Below are positions 48,938-57,753 of a DNA stretch of 64,000 bases, one piece after another (positions within the stretch are counted from its first letter, which is position 1; each line of letters starts with the position of its first letter). The DNA is from Dehalococcoidia bacterium (lineage in GTDB: Bacteria > Chloroflexota > Dehalococcoidia > Plut-88900): positions 2,432,001-2,496,000 of the forward strand of contig OZ240215.1 in NCBI GenBank assembly GCA_965197585.1, read 5' to 3'. The translations under genes were made by a program, and so were the position numbers. The notes under the pieces were generated by a model. It saw only the letters and a list, made by a program, of their open reading frames with translations. It made no database searches and was not told the origin of the DNA.

Positions 48938-50068
48938 CTACATTGCCAGGTTGTACAGCTGTAGCGCGTTCCCCCCAAACACCATCTGCTGGTCTTCTTC
49001 CGGCAGGTCGGCGAGGTTCTTTTCCAGCTCATTAACCGGGTCGAGAATAGAGTCGGAGTGGGGGAAGTCGTAGGCCCACATGAACCTGTCGGCGCCCAGG
49101 ACCTCGATGCTGAACTTGGCGAGGCGCTCATCCGGGTCCATGGATATGAAGCACTGGCGCTTGAAGTAGGTGCTTGGTATCTCCTTCATGGGGGTGGTGA
49201 AGCCGTTGACCTCGAACTTTTCGTCCATCCGGTCAAGCCACCAGACGAGCCATCCTATCCCCGACTCCAGAATCACCAGATTCAGGTCCGGGAACCTGTC
49301 GAAAGTGCCGTGGTTGAAGAAGCTGCTGAAGTTCAGCTTTACGGTCTCGCCGCCATAGAGGAAGACCCACCAAGTAGTGAGGTCCTCGACGTTGGGGTAG
49401 GCCACCGCCGAGACCGAATTGCGCCCGGTGGCAGGGTGAATGGTCATGGGCATGTCCAGCGCCTCGGCTTCCGCCCACAGGGGGTCGAAGTACGGGTGCC
49501 CGTAGGGCCTTCCGGGTTCGCAATCGGAGCCCATCATCATTGCCTTGGCCCCAAGGGCCGCCGTTCTCTTCATTTCCTTGATCGCCTCGTCGACGTCGGC
49601 CATCGGGATGTGGGCCACGGGGACGAGGCGCGTCGGGGCTCCGCTGCAGAAGTCGAACACCCAGTCGTTGTATGCCCGACAGTTGGCCGCCGCAACTTTC
49701 ACGTCGTCGCAGTCGTATTCCCAGACCAGGCCGAGGGAGGGGTATACGAGGGTCATGTCTATGCGCTCGTCGTCCATCACCTTGGCCCTCTCGGAGCCGA
49801 TGTAGCCTCCGGGGACCATCGCGTCGTCCCAGGAGATGCGGCCGGGCTCCAGGTAGGGCCTCACGTCTTTGCCGATCGCGCCCAGGGCCCCGAAAGCCCC
49901 GTCCCTCGCCAAGAAAGCCTTGTTGCCGTCGACGTTCACGTACTCAAGCCCGTTTTCGTCTTTGGATATTTTGATGGCGTGGTCACGGTACTCGGGGTCG
50001 ATATAGTCCTGCCACAAGTTTGCGGGTTCCGTGATGTGGCCGTCTATGTCCACGAATGTAGCGCTCAT
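48938..50068 (-). CDS. amidohydrolase-2 family protein, close paralog of 47526-48656
   Basis: MSATFVDIDGH start with RBS AAGGAG; near-identical motifs. Confidence 0.92.
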   Translation of the reverse strand: MSATFVDIDGHITEPANLWQDYIDPEYRDHAIKISKDENGLEYVNVDGNKAFLARDGAFGALGAIGKDVRPYLEPGRISWDDAMVPGGYIGSERAKVMDDERIDMTLVYPSLGLVWEYDCDDVKVAAANCRAYNDWVFDFCSGAPTRLVPVAHIPMADVDEAIKEMKRTAALGAKAMMMGSDCEPGRPYGHPYFDPLWAEAEALDMPMTIHPATGRNSVSAVAYPNVEDLTTWWVFLYGGETVKLNFSSFFNHGTFDRFPDLNLVILESGIGWLVWWLDRMDEKFEVNGFTTPMKEIPSTYFKRQCFISMDPDERLAKFSIEVLGADRFMWAYDFPHSDSILDPVNELEKNLADLPEEDQQMVFGGNALQLYNLAM

Positions 50069-50180
50069 GTCCTGTCTCCTTTGACTAGAATGCGCCTGAC
50101 GATCGGGGGGAATGTTACCCCACGTCCACGGTGGGTACAATGAGGGAGATGGGGCGGTTATTCAGTTGGAGTGGGGTTTC

Positions 50181-50939
50181 GGGTCTTGTTCTGTCTGTTG
50201 GGAAGGGGTTGGCGATGGAAGACGCCCTCTTGCCCTCAAATTGGCTTGCACTCTTCATTACGGGTGTTCCGGCTGTTGGGGGACCTTTAGAGCAGGCCCC
50301 GCCTGAGAGGGAGGGACTTGCAGCCGGCCGTGCCTTTTTGCTCGATTATATACACGGACCATTCCGGGTCAGGACGTCCGTCAGAGGCTCCTACTATTGT
50401 TTTCGGGGCTGTATGCCGCTATGGGCACGACGGGGCCAGTGATCCAGCTGTGGCCCCACAGCCTAACTAATGATTTTCAGTTTGCCGGAGCCCTGAGGAG
50501 CCCAGTCTCCGGCGCCCCCGCGCACAATGCGCATTAGTAGCAGGAGCAGACCTATTTGGAGATGGTTCTCCGTCGGGGGCACATGGTCCGCTGCATACCT
50601 CCTTAATTATCACCCCCGCTGCTAAACTCCCGGTGTAGGGAGAGGGGTGGGAGTAAAAGCCAGGGCGTCTTTCCATCGCCTGCGGATCAGGGAAGGGGCA
50701 CGGGACCCGGTGGTGAGGAGATGGCGGTCCTCCATAGGCGGATGTTCCACTTTCGCTTGAGCCGCGGGCCTGCGCGAGGGCCGTTGGGATGGGCTTGGAC
50801 GTTGAGTCCTCTGGTGGGTCGGGTGGGCTTCCCTGGGTTTTTGGTTCCTCCTTGAGATAGTTAGGTTGGTGTTCGAACGGGGAGGAGAATAGCACGAGTG
50901 TTCGGGTTGGGTCAAGGGGTTCGTGTCACACTTGGGGAG
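50181..50939 (-). ncRNA. putative large structured non-coding element with own promoter, copy B
   Basis: homologous to 34365-35056; promoter 50886-50915; closing helix 50662-50680/50211-50228. Confidence 0.6.
50886..50915 (-). promoter_or_regulatory. sigma70 promoter with overlapping LexA-like box
   Basis: TTGACC-18 nt-TATTCT with extended TG; GAAC-ACTC-GTGC in the spacer. Confidence 0.6.
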
Positions 50940-50959
50940 ACACCGCCCCAGCCCCACCG

Positions 50960-51078
50960 GGGAACCCTCACCCCCTTTATCCCCCTCTCCCTTAGGGCCT
51001 TCAAGGGAGAGGGGGAGATAAGAACAGAGGGAGACGTTGGCGCGTCTGCGCCAACGTCTCCCTCTAGTTCAGTACTGG
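50960..51078 (-). repeat. ~118-bp double-hairpin dispersed repeat, copy 2
   Basis: inverted match to 24563-24680. Confidence 0.9.
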
Positions 51079-51205
51079 GGGGGAAGGGGGATGGATTCCC
51101 GATCGGGGTCGGGAATGACGGGAGGGGGGCAGGACGTCCCACCCCAGATTCCTCGCGGGGCATCGGAATGACACGGGAGAAAGGGGATCCGCCCCAGCCC
51201 CACCG

Positions 51206-51323
51206 GGGAACCCTCACCCCCTTGGTCCCCCTCTCCCTTAGGGCCTTTAAGGGAGAGGGGGAAATAAGAATAGAGGCCCACGTGCGTGCTCTGCACGCAC
51301 GTGGGCCTCTAATTCAGTACTGG
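51206..51323 (-). repeat. ~118-bp double-hairpin dispersed repeat, copy 3
   Basis: direct repeat of copy 2 at a 246-bp period. Confidence 0.9.
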
Positions 51324-51387
51324 TGAGAGGGGAATGGGGATGGATTCACGCCAGAGGCGCACTTACAGCCTGATCGGGGTTGGGAAT

Positions 51388-52442
51388 TGTAAGTGTTAGG
51401 TAATTCGTTGACAGATTGGTATAAGAGGCCAACACCAATCTGGAGGCGAAAATGCGAGACAACAGCAAGGACCTCACCCTTGAAAGGAACTACATTCAGA
51501 AGTGGCGATTCCTCATACAGGAATACCGATTGGTCAAGGCCAGGAAGCATCCCCGCTTCCGCTTTGCCCAAGACTTCTATGCCTTCCACGGCACTACACG
51601 TCAGACCTTTGCCAAGTACTACAACCGGTTCCTCCTCTCCCCCTCCGACGACTCCTTCTTCCCCCGTAAGCGGGGCCCAATTGGAAGAGCCGCCGTACCC
51701 TGCCCTACATAGAGCAGAAGGTTCTCAGCGAATGCTTCAACGGTACCAATCGCTACGAGATATATGCCATACTCAAGCCCATCCTCAAACAGCACACCCC
51801 TAAGCCCTCTACCATCTACGCCATCACCAGACGCCACGGTGTTAATAGGCTCACAAAGCCGATGCAGCAATCGAAGCGCAAGATCATCAAGACCCGGGCA
51901 GGGGAGTTGGGGCACCTGGACAGCCACCACCTCAGCCGGGACCTCCTGGTAGACTCCAAGCGCCGTTACTACCTGGTAGCCCTCATCGACGCCTGCACCC
52001 GCTTGGCCTGGGCCGAAGTGGTCGGAGACATCAAGAGCCTTTCTGTGATGTTCGCAACCCTGAAATCCATCAACTTCCTTAATGCGGAGTACGGCATCAA
52101 ATTCGAGGCCATCCTCACCGACAATGGCCCTGAGATGGCCTCGCCCAGGAACATTGAGGGCCACCCCATGGAACGGATGCTCAATGAGCTGGGCATCAAG
52201 CACCGCTACACACGCCCTTATAGGCCCCAGACCAACGGGAAGATAGAGCGGTTCTGGAGAACCCTGAACGAGGACCTGCTGGAGGGGACCACCTTCGAGT
52301 CGGTGGCAGAGCTGCGGGACGAACTGCAGCAATATCTGCTCTACTACAATACCCAGAGACCCCACCAGGCAATGGACGGAAAGACCCCTTTGGAGACCCT
52401 TCAATCCCTCTAATTCTGTCAACGAATTATCTGACATTTACA
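51388..52442 (+). mobile_element. IS481-family insertion sequence
   Basis: terminal IRs TGTAAGTGTTAGGTAATTCGTTGACAGA / TCTGTCAACGAATTATCTGACATTTACA; flanking 5-bp direct repeat GGAAT. Confidence 0.9.
51452..52413 (+). pseudogene. IS481 DDE transposase with frameshift near 51677
   Basis: 'ELGHLD', 'ILTDNGPE', 'RPYRPQTNGKIERFWRTL', 'YN..RPH'; split into two frames at GGCCCAAT. Confidence 0.85.
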
Positions 52443-52621
52443 GGAATGACGGATGGAGGGAGAAGAAGGATGTAATGGCAACGAATGAGGTGGTATATGG
52501 GGGAGATGCTGTAGATTCCTCGCGGGGCCTCGGGATGGGAGGGGGGTGGGGTGAGGGTGATCCGAGTTCCGAAATAGTAGTTGTCCAAAGGTCCCTCGAT
52601 AGGTGAGGGTGAAAGAGTCCT

Positions 52622-53752
52622 CTACACCCCCAGCTTATACAACTCCACCGCATTCCCCCCAAACACCTTCAACTGGTCCTCCTCCGACAAGCCCGCCAGA
52701 TTCTCCTCCAACTCCCTCACCGGGTCGAGAATCGAGTCCGAGTGGGGAAAATCGTAGGCCCACATGAACTTGTCCGCGCCTAAGACCTCGATGCTGAATT
52801 TGGCCAGCCTCTCATCCGGGTCCATCGATATGAACCCCTGCCGCTTGAAGTAGGTGCTCGGGACTTCCTGCATCGGCGTAGTAAACCCGTTGACCTCGAA
52901 CTTCTCGTCGAGCCTGTCCAGCCACCACACCAGCCACCCGATACCCGCCTCCAGGATCACGACGTTCAGGTCTGGAAACTTGTCGAACGTACCATGATTG
53001 AAGAGACTGGTGAAGTTCATCTTCACGTTCTCGCCCCCGTGGATGTTCACCCACCAGACCGTCAGCTCTTCCCTGTTGGGATACGCCACCGCGGTCAGAG
53101 ACCCCTTCCCCGTCGACGGGTGAATGGTTATCGGCATGTCCATTGACTGGGCCTCTACCCAGAACGGGTCGTAATACGAGTGCCCGTAGGTCTTGCCCTC
53201 GTGAAAGTCCGACCCCACCATCATTGCCTTAGCCCCGAGCCCCGCAGTCCGCTGCATCTCCTTGATAGCCTCATCGACGTCGCCCATCGGGATGTGCGCG
53301 ACCGGTACCAGCCGCTCCGGCGCACCGCCACAGAAGTCGAAGATCCAGTTGTTGTATGCCCGGCAATTGGCCGCCGCCACCTTCAAGTCGTCGCAGTCGT
53401 ACTCCCACATCAGCCCCAGCGACGGATACACCATCGTGACGTCGATTCGCTCGGCGTCCATCACCTTCACCCGTTCGCCGGAGATGTACCCTCCCGGGAC
53501 CATCGCCTCCTCCCAAGAGATCCGGCCCGGCTCCAGATACGGCCTCACGTCCTGCCCGATAGCCCCCAGCGCACCCAACGACCCCCCTCGCCCGAAGTAC
53601 GACTTCTTCCCGTCTACATTGAGATACTCCAGCCCGTCCTCATCCTCCGATATCCTCAACGCATGCTCCCGGTACTCCGGCTCGATATAGTCAAGCCACA
53701 GGTTCGCCGGCTCCATGATGTGTCCGTCTATATCCACAAACTTCGCTGTCAC
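52622..53752 (-). CDS. amidohydrolase-2 family protein, third close paralog
   Basis: 'FVDIDGHIMEP', 'WAYDFPHSD'; GTG start with RBS AGGAG. Confidence 0.92.
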   Translation of the reverse strand: MTAKFVDIDGHIMEPANLWLDYIEPEYREHALRISEDEDGLEYLNVDGKKSYFGRGGSLGALGAIGQDVRPYLEPGRISWEEAMVPGGYISGERVKVMDAERIDVTMVYPSLGLMWEYDCDDLKVAAANCRAYNNWIFDFCGGAPERLVPVAHIPMGDVDEAIKEMQRTAGLGAKAMMVGSDFHEGKTYGHSYYDPFWVEAQSMDMPITIHPSTGKGSLTAVAYPNREELTVWWVNIHGGENVKMNFTSLFNHGTFDKFPDLNVVILEAGIGWLVWWLDRLDEKFEVNGFTTPMQEVPSTYFKRQGFISMDPDERLAKFSIEVLGADKFMWAYDFPHSDSILDPVRELEENLAGLSEEDQLKVFGGNAVELYKLGV

Positions 53753-53806
53753 TTCTCAACTCCTATTGGGAATCGCACGACAAGCCGATACGGGGGCAAT
53801 TGGTGA

Positions 53807-54739
53807 CTAAAACACCGCCAACGGATTCGCCGGACTCCCCGTCGCCCCCCGAAACCTGAGCGGCGCAACCACCATCATGAACTCCCACCGACCCCGCTCC
53901 GCACACGCCTGCGCCACCTCTTCAAGGTTCATGTTGTCGATCAGCCACAACCCCAGCGCCGGTATCCCGACCATGTGGATGGGCTCCCCGATGTTTGGAT
54001 ACCCGCTGGGGGAGACTTCGTTGTTCTGGTCGCCGCCCAGCATCGCTATGCCCCTTTCACGGAACCACGGCAAACACGACACATGTGGCCCAGGCCTCGG
54101 GTCCGACGTATCCGTTACGATGCCGTCGTAGTACCGAGCCAGGTGCCCCGTCCGAATGAGTAGTACGTCCCCCGACTCCACTCTCACACCCTCCGACGCC
54201 TCCGCCTCTTCCAGAATGTCAGGCGTAATCGCCACCGGGGATTCGATCCGGTCCTCGCCCCGCAGCCGGGCTATGTCCAGCAGCACCCCCCTCGTCACCA
54301 CCCCCTGAGAAAGCAGAGTGATCGACTCCGCTTCCGCCCCATTCTCGCTGTTCACCAGGGTGGATGGGAGACCGTTGTACATCTTCCCGCCGGTGAACAC
54401 GTGACACAGCGCGTCCACGTGGGTGATGCAATTGCCGTGATAAGCCATCCCCAGGAAGTCCCCCGACCAAGTGGCATCGGCGCCCGCCTCCCCCGTTGCC
54501 ACCATGTAGTGCAGCACCCGGGACGTGTGCTCCCCCGGCATATCCGTCTTGATAGTCCAGGCGCAGGACACCGACACCCCATCCTTCACCAGTCCCCCCG
54601 CCTGCCGCCTCTTCTCCTCCGTCACCAGGTTCAGCGTCCCCAGCTGGTCCTCCGGCCCCCAGCGCCCCCAATTCGAGCATGTATCGGCATACCCCAGCAC
54701 CTCTTCTTCGGTCGGTAAACGAGCTTCTGCCATCTTCAT
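53807..54739 (-). CDS. cyclase family (kynurenine formamidase-like) metal hydrolase
   Basis: 'NWGRWG..DQLGTLN', 'HG..ITHVDALCH', 'RGVLLD', 'GATGSPANP'. Confidence 0.9.
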   Translation of the reverse strand: MKMAEARLPTEEEVLGYADTCSNWGRWGPEDQLGTLNLVTEEKRRQAGGLVKDGVSVSCAWTIKTDMPGEHTSRVLHYMVATGEAGADATWSGDFLGMAYHGNCITHVDALCHVFTGGKMYNGLPSTLVNSENGAEAESITLLSQGVVTRGVLLDIARLRGEDRIESPVAITPDILEEAEASEGVRVESGDVLLIRTGHLARYYDGIVTDTSDPRPGPHVSCLPWFRERGIAMLGGDQNNEVSPSGYPNIGEPIHMVGIPALGLWLIDNMNLEEVAQACAERGRWEFMMVVAPLRFRGATGSPANPLAVF

Positions 54740-54849
54740 TCTCCAGACTCGACCAATAACGGGCCGAAAAGCGGTTGTCTCATATTAGGTACACAGTTGC
54801 CCATGTCAAGGCAGGTGTCCGTCATTGTCCCGTATAGTACACTGGATAA

Positions 54850-55407
54850 ATGCAAGCCCCCGTCACCCGAAAATCGGGCCGCAAGATGGACCTCCATCTC
54901 CTCCAGATGGCCGAGTTTATCGGCTTCACTGAGGATGACACCCAGCTAATCCGGTCCACCGGCCCGACTGTCTTGGCCCGCGCCGACGAGGTCACAAAGG
55001 TCGTTTACGACCATCTCCTCGAACAGCCCGGCACCCACGATTTCTTCCGAAAACCCGACGGCTCCATCGACGAGGAGCGCGTCGAGAACCGGCGCAAGGG
55101 CCTCGCCCGATGGCTCACCCGAACCGCCGACGCCAAGCTCGACTACTCATTCGCCTGGCACATGGTCGCGATGGGCATCGCCCACAGCCACCGTATGCAA
55201 AAGCCGATGGGCCGGGTCCCGGGGCCTTTCATGGTCGGCACAATGAGCTTCGTCCAGACCACCGTCAGCACCATTCTGCTCGAAGACCTGGAAAACAAGG
55301 ACCTCGCCATCCGGGCCGGCATCGCCTGGAACAAGCTGCTGATGCTGGAGCTGGACCTGCTCCTCACAGGCTACTACTCCGCCACCCCACCCCCCGACAG
55401 CCAGTGA
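54850..55407 (+). CDS. stand-alone protoglobin / globin-sensor domain protein
   Basis: 'FIGFTEDD', 'VYDHL', 'L.RWL', proximal-His region 'MGIAH', 'AWNKLL...LD'. Confidence 0.8.
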   Translation: MQAPVTRKSGRKMDLHLLQMAEFIGFTEDDTQLIRSTGPTVLARADEVTKVVYDHLLEQPGTHDFFRKPDGSIDEERVENRRKGLARWLTRTADAKLDYSFAWHMVAMGIAHSHRMQKPMGRVPGPFMVGTMSFVQTTVSTILLEDLENKDLAIRAGIAWNKLLMLELDLLLTGYYSATPPPDSQ

Positions 55408-55709
55408 CCTACCTGGAAAACTTCAAGACACAACGCTTCCAGAATCCGGGAGATGAGGGTGGGCCTCCACTCTTCAGCCCCGGGGCCCGGGTCCGCATAA
55501 CCCTCTACCCCGTCGACTCCACCCTCGTCGGACAAACGGGCTCCGTCCGCTCCCTCCGCGGCCGATACGGCAGCCGAGCCTCTGAAGCCAGCACTGGCGC
55601 CATGCTCGCCTCCCCCGGCGAATACCTCTACGAAATCACCCTCGACATCCCACCCCTCAACAAACCCAAAACAATCTCCGTCCGAGAATCCGGCCTGAAT
55701 CCCCTCTGA
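55404..55709 (+). CDS. small hypothetical protein coupled to the protoglobin gene
   Basis: GTGA overlap with the globin stop; 'F.PG.RV.I...G..G.V...Y.I.LD...V.E..L' pattern suggests an SH3/KOW-like barrel. Confidence 0.6.
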   Translation: MTYLENFKTQRFQNPGDEGGPPLFSPGARVRITLYPVDSTLVGQTGSVRSLRGRYGSRASEASTGAMLASPGEYLYEITLDIPPLNKPKTISVRESGLNPL

Positions 55710-55769
55710 CCCGCCATCCCCTCCGTTTTTCCCGTCATACCAGCCCTTGAACCGGGTCGTGAAGTACGA

Positions 55770-55843
55770 CCTTTCCATTCCCAGGAGTGGGGTATTCCGC
55801 TCGCCCTGAGCCGAGTCGAAGGGTCTCAAGAGCGGAATGGGGG
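55770..55843 (+). repeat. composite REP (uninterrupted form of 34258-34351)
   Basis: cctttccattcc..gggtattccgctcgccctgagccgagtcgaagggtctcaaga. Confidence 0.8.
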
Positions 55844-55937
55844 GTGAGTCCCGCCTCTACACCTTGAGTCACGCAAAGATCCTTCGAAGGAAGAAGGCTA
55901 GGGCCCTGGCCTCGCTGAAAAGAGTGAGCGTAATCCC

Positions 55938-56675
55938 CTATCCCGGCTTGACCGCCACAATGTCCATGTCCCGGACAGCCTCCGGATAACAGGCAGACTG
56001 CTTGTCCGACATTATCCGCACTTCCTCAAATCCCGCCGACTTTAACCGAGCCAGGTACGTTTCCTTCAAGTCTGCCCCGCTGACGCAGGACACCCACTGG
56101 GCCATGTCGGATTGCACTTCCGGTGGCAGCGCCTCCCAAAGGACCATGTCTGAGATGTACATCCTTCCGCCGGGTTTCAGAATCCGGTACGCCTCCCGGA
56201 ACACCGCATCCTTGTCTGGGGCCAGGGTGATAACGCAGTTGGATATGATCACGTCCACCGTGTTCTCTTCAAGGGGTGTGCGCTCCATCTCGGCAAGGTG
56301 AAACTCCACATTCGCCAAGCCGAGCTTGTCCCGGTTCTTGTTTGCGAGGGCGATCATGTCGGGCGTCATGTCGATCCCGATAACCCGTCCCCCACCCCCA
56401 ACCTGCTGTGCCGCGAGGAAGCAGTCGATGCCGCCTCCGCTCCCGAAATCCACCACCGTCTCCCCTGCCTTCAGCGATGCCAGAGCCGTCGGGTTTCCGC
56501 ACCCCGCCGATGCCTGCACGGCCTCGCTCGGCAGTGCCGCTACCTCCTCCTCGCTATATAGTGCCATCTCGGGAGACGTGCCCGCCTGGCCTATCTGGGA
56601 CCTCGCCCCCCGGGCCAGGCCCCCGTAGTGCTCCTTCACCACCTCTTTGATCTTCTTTTCGTCGATGTTCACCAT
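55938..56675 (-). CDS. arsM: arsenite S-adenosylmethyltransferase
   Basis: 'GCGNP', 'DFGSGGGID', 'GIDMT', 'ISNCV', 'W..CV.GA'. Confidence 0.88.
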   Translation of the reverse strand: MVNIDEKKIKEVVKEHYGGLARGARSQIGQAGTSPEMALYSEEEVAALPSEAVQASAGCGNPTALASLKAGETVVDFGSGGGIDCFLAAQQVGGGGRVIGIDMTPDMIALANKNRDKLGLANVEFHLAEMERTPLEENTVDVIISNCVITLAPDKDAVFREAYRILKPGGRMYISDMVLWEALPPEVQSDMAQWVSCVSGADLKETYLARLKSAGFEEVRIMSDKQSACYPEAVRDMDIVAVKPG

Positions 56676-56722
56676 GTATTTATCCTCCTCTTGAGTCGGT
56701 CCTCATTACAAGCGGGTTGCAG

Positions 56723-57115
56723 TTAATCAACTCCCGCTTTCTTAAAATCGACGCCCGCGTTCCTGACAGATTGCTCCAGATAGGGAAGTAGCCGAGCCCA
56801 GACTCCGGCTGCTGTCCTGTGGGCCTCTCTGCCGGAGTCCGTAAGCTCGCATACCTTCCTGAGCCGTCCCCCGATTACTTCTTCCCTGCTCGCAATGTGG
56901 CCGCTCTCGGTCATTTCCTTGATGGTAGGGTAAATCATGCCTGAAGTCGGCTTGCTCCACCCCTCACAGCAGCTTTCTATGCTGGCAGCGAGCTCATAGC
57001 CGTGCATCGGCCGCTCGGCCAGCATCCCCAGTAGAAAGTAACGGGAAACACTCTTCTTGATTAGGTTTTCCCAGTATTCTTCCGTCTCGATGTGAGAACG
57101 TGTCTTCGAAAGCAT
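56723..57115 (-). CDS. PadR family transcriptional regulator
   Basis: 'PMHGYEL', 'G.IYP', 'RK...LT..G'; vicinal CC. Confidence 0.88.
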   Translation of the reverse strand: MLSKTRSHIETEEYWENLIKKSVSRYFLLGMLAERPMHGYELAASIESCCEGWSKPTSGMIYPTIKEMTESGHIASREEVIGGRLRKVCELTDSGREAHRTAAGVWARLLPYLEQSVRNAGVDFKKAGVD

Positions 57116-57280
57116 ATATCTCCTTACTATATATATCTATCATCTATATTAACGGAGTCCCACGACTTGTCAACCTGCTGGTCTCCCGAGAGGTCCTGGC
57201 CCCTTGAATTGGAATTCAATGAAACACTCTCCCTGTGGTAAGATTCACCCGTCCCGACCCATCACTCAGGAGGTGCACCG

Positions 57281-57610
57281 ATGATCTACGAGATGCGAAG
57301 ATACGAGGCCACGCCCGGCAAAATGGCCGCACTCAACGAGGTTATGGAAAGCCTTGCCGTACCGGTCTTCGAAAAGGTCGGCATGAGGTTGGTCGGGGCC
57401 TGGACTCCCGTGGCCGGAGACTACACCAATGCCCTTTCCTACATGCTCGCCTGGGAGTCCCTCAACGAGCGCGAAGAGAAGTGGCAGGACTTCTTCAACC
57501 ACCCCGATTGGCTCGCCGGACGCGAAGATGTCGGCAAGAAGCACGGCGCGATCGTCTCCCGGGAGTTCCACACATTCCTCGGCCCGACCTCCTACTCCCC
57601 CCTCAAGTAA
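57281..57610 (+). CDS. NIPSNAP family protein
   Basis: 'MIYEMRRYE..PGK', 'VGAW', 'W..F..HPDW', 'PTSYSPL'; RBS AGGAGG. Confidence 0.88.
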   Translation: MIYEMRRYEATPGKMAALNEVMESLAVPVFEKVGMRLVGAWTPVAGDYTNALSYMLAWESLNEREEKWQDFFNHPDWLAGREDVGKKHGAIVSREFHTFLGPTSYSPLK

Positions 57611-57677
57611 CCCCCATCCCCTCTCCCTCCATCTCATCGCCTGGCCTTTTCGCAAGAGGTGGGGATGAAGTCCTGTC

Positions 57678-57715
57678 CCCTCTCCCTTGACGGGAGAGGG
57701 CTAGGGTGAGGGTGA
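57678..57715. repeat. REP-like palindrome
   Basis: ccctctccc-ttgac-gggagaggg-ctagggtgagggtga. Confidence 0.8.
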
Positions 57716-57753
57716 ATGAAAAGTAGACGCGCCTGAAATTAGGCGAACACGCA

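Noticed and set aside
50943-51340. Repeat-variable-repeat pattern as a CRISPR array
   Set aside because: The variable parts are self-complementary hairpins inside ~118-bp dispersed repeats, not spacers
47526-53752. Diversity-generating retroelement TR/VR among amidohydrolase paralogs
   Set aside because: Differences are spread over whole genes, mostly synonymous and not adenine-specific; no reverse transcriptase in the window
57611-57753. Glycine riboswitch upstream of gcvT
   Set aside because: The region is occupied by a REP palindrome; no aptamer core recognised
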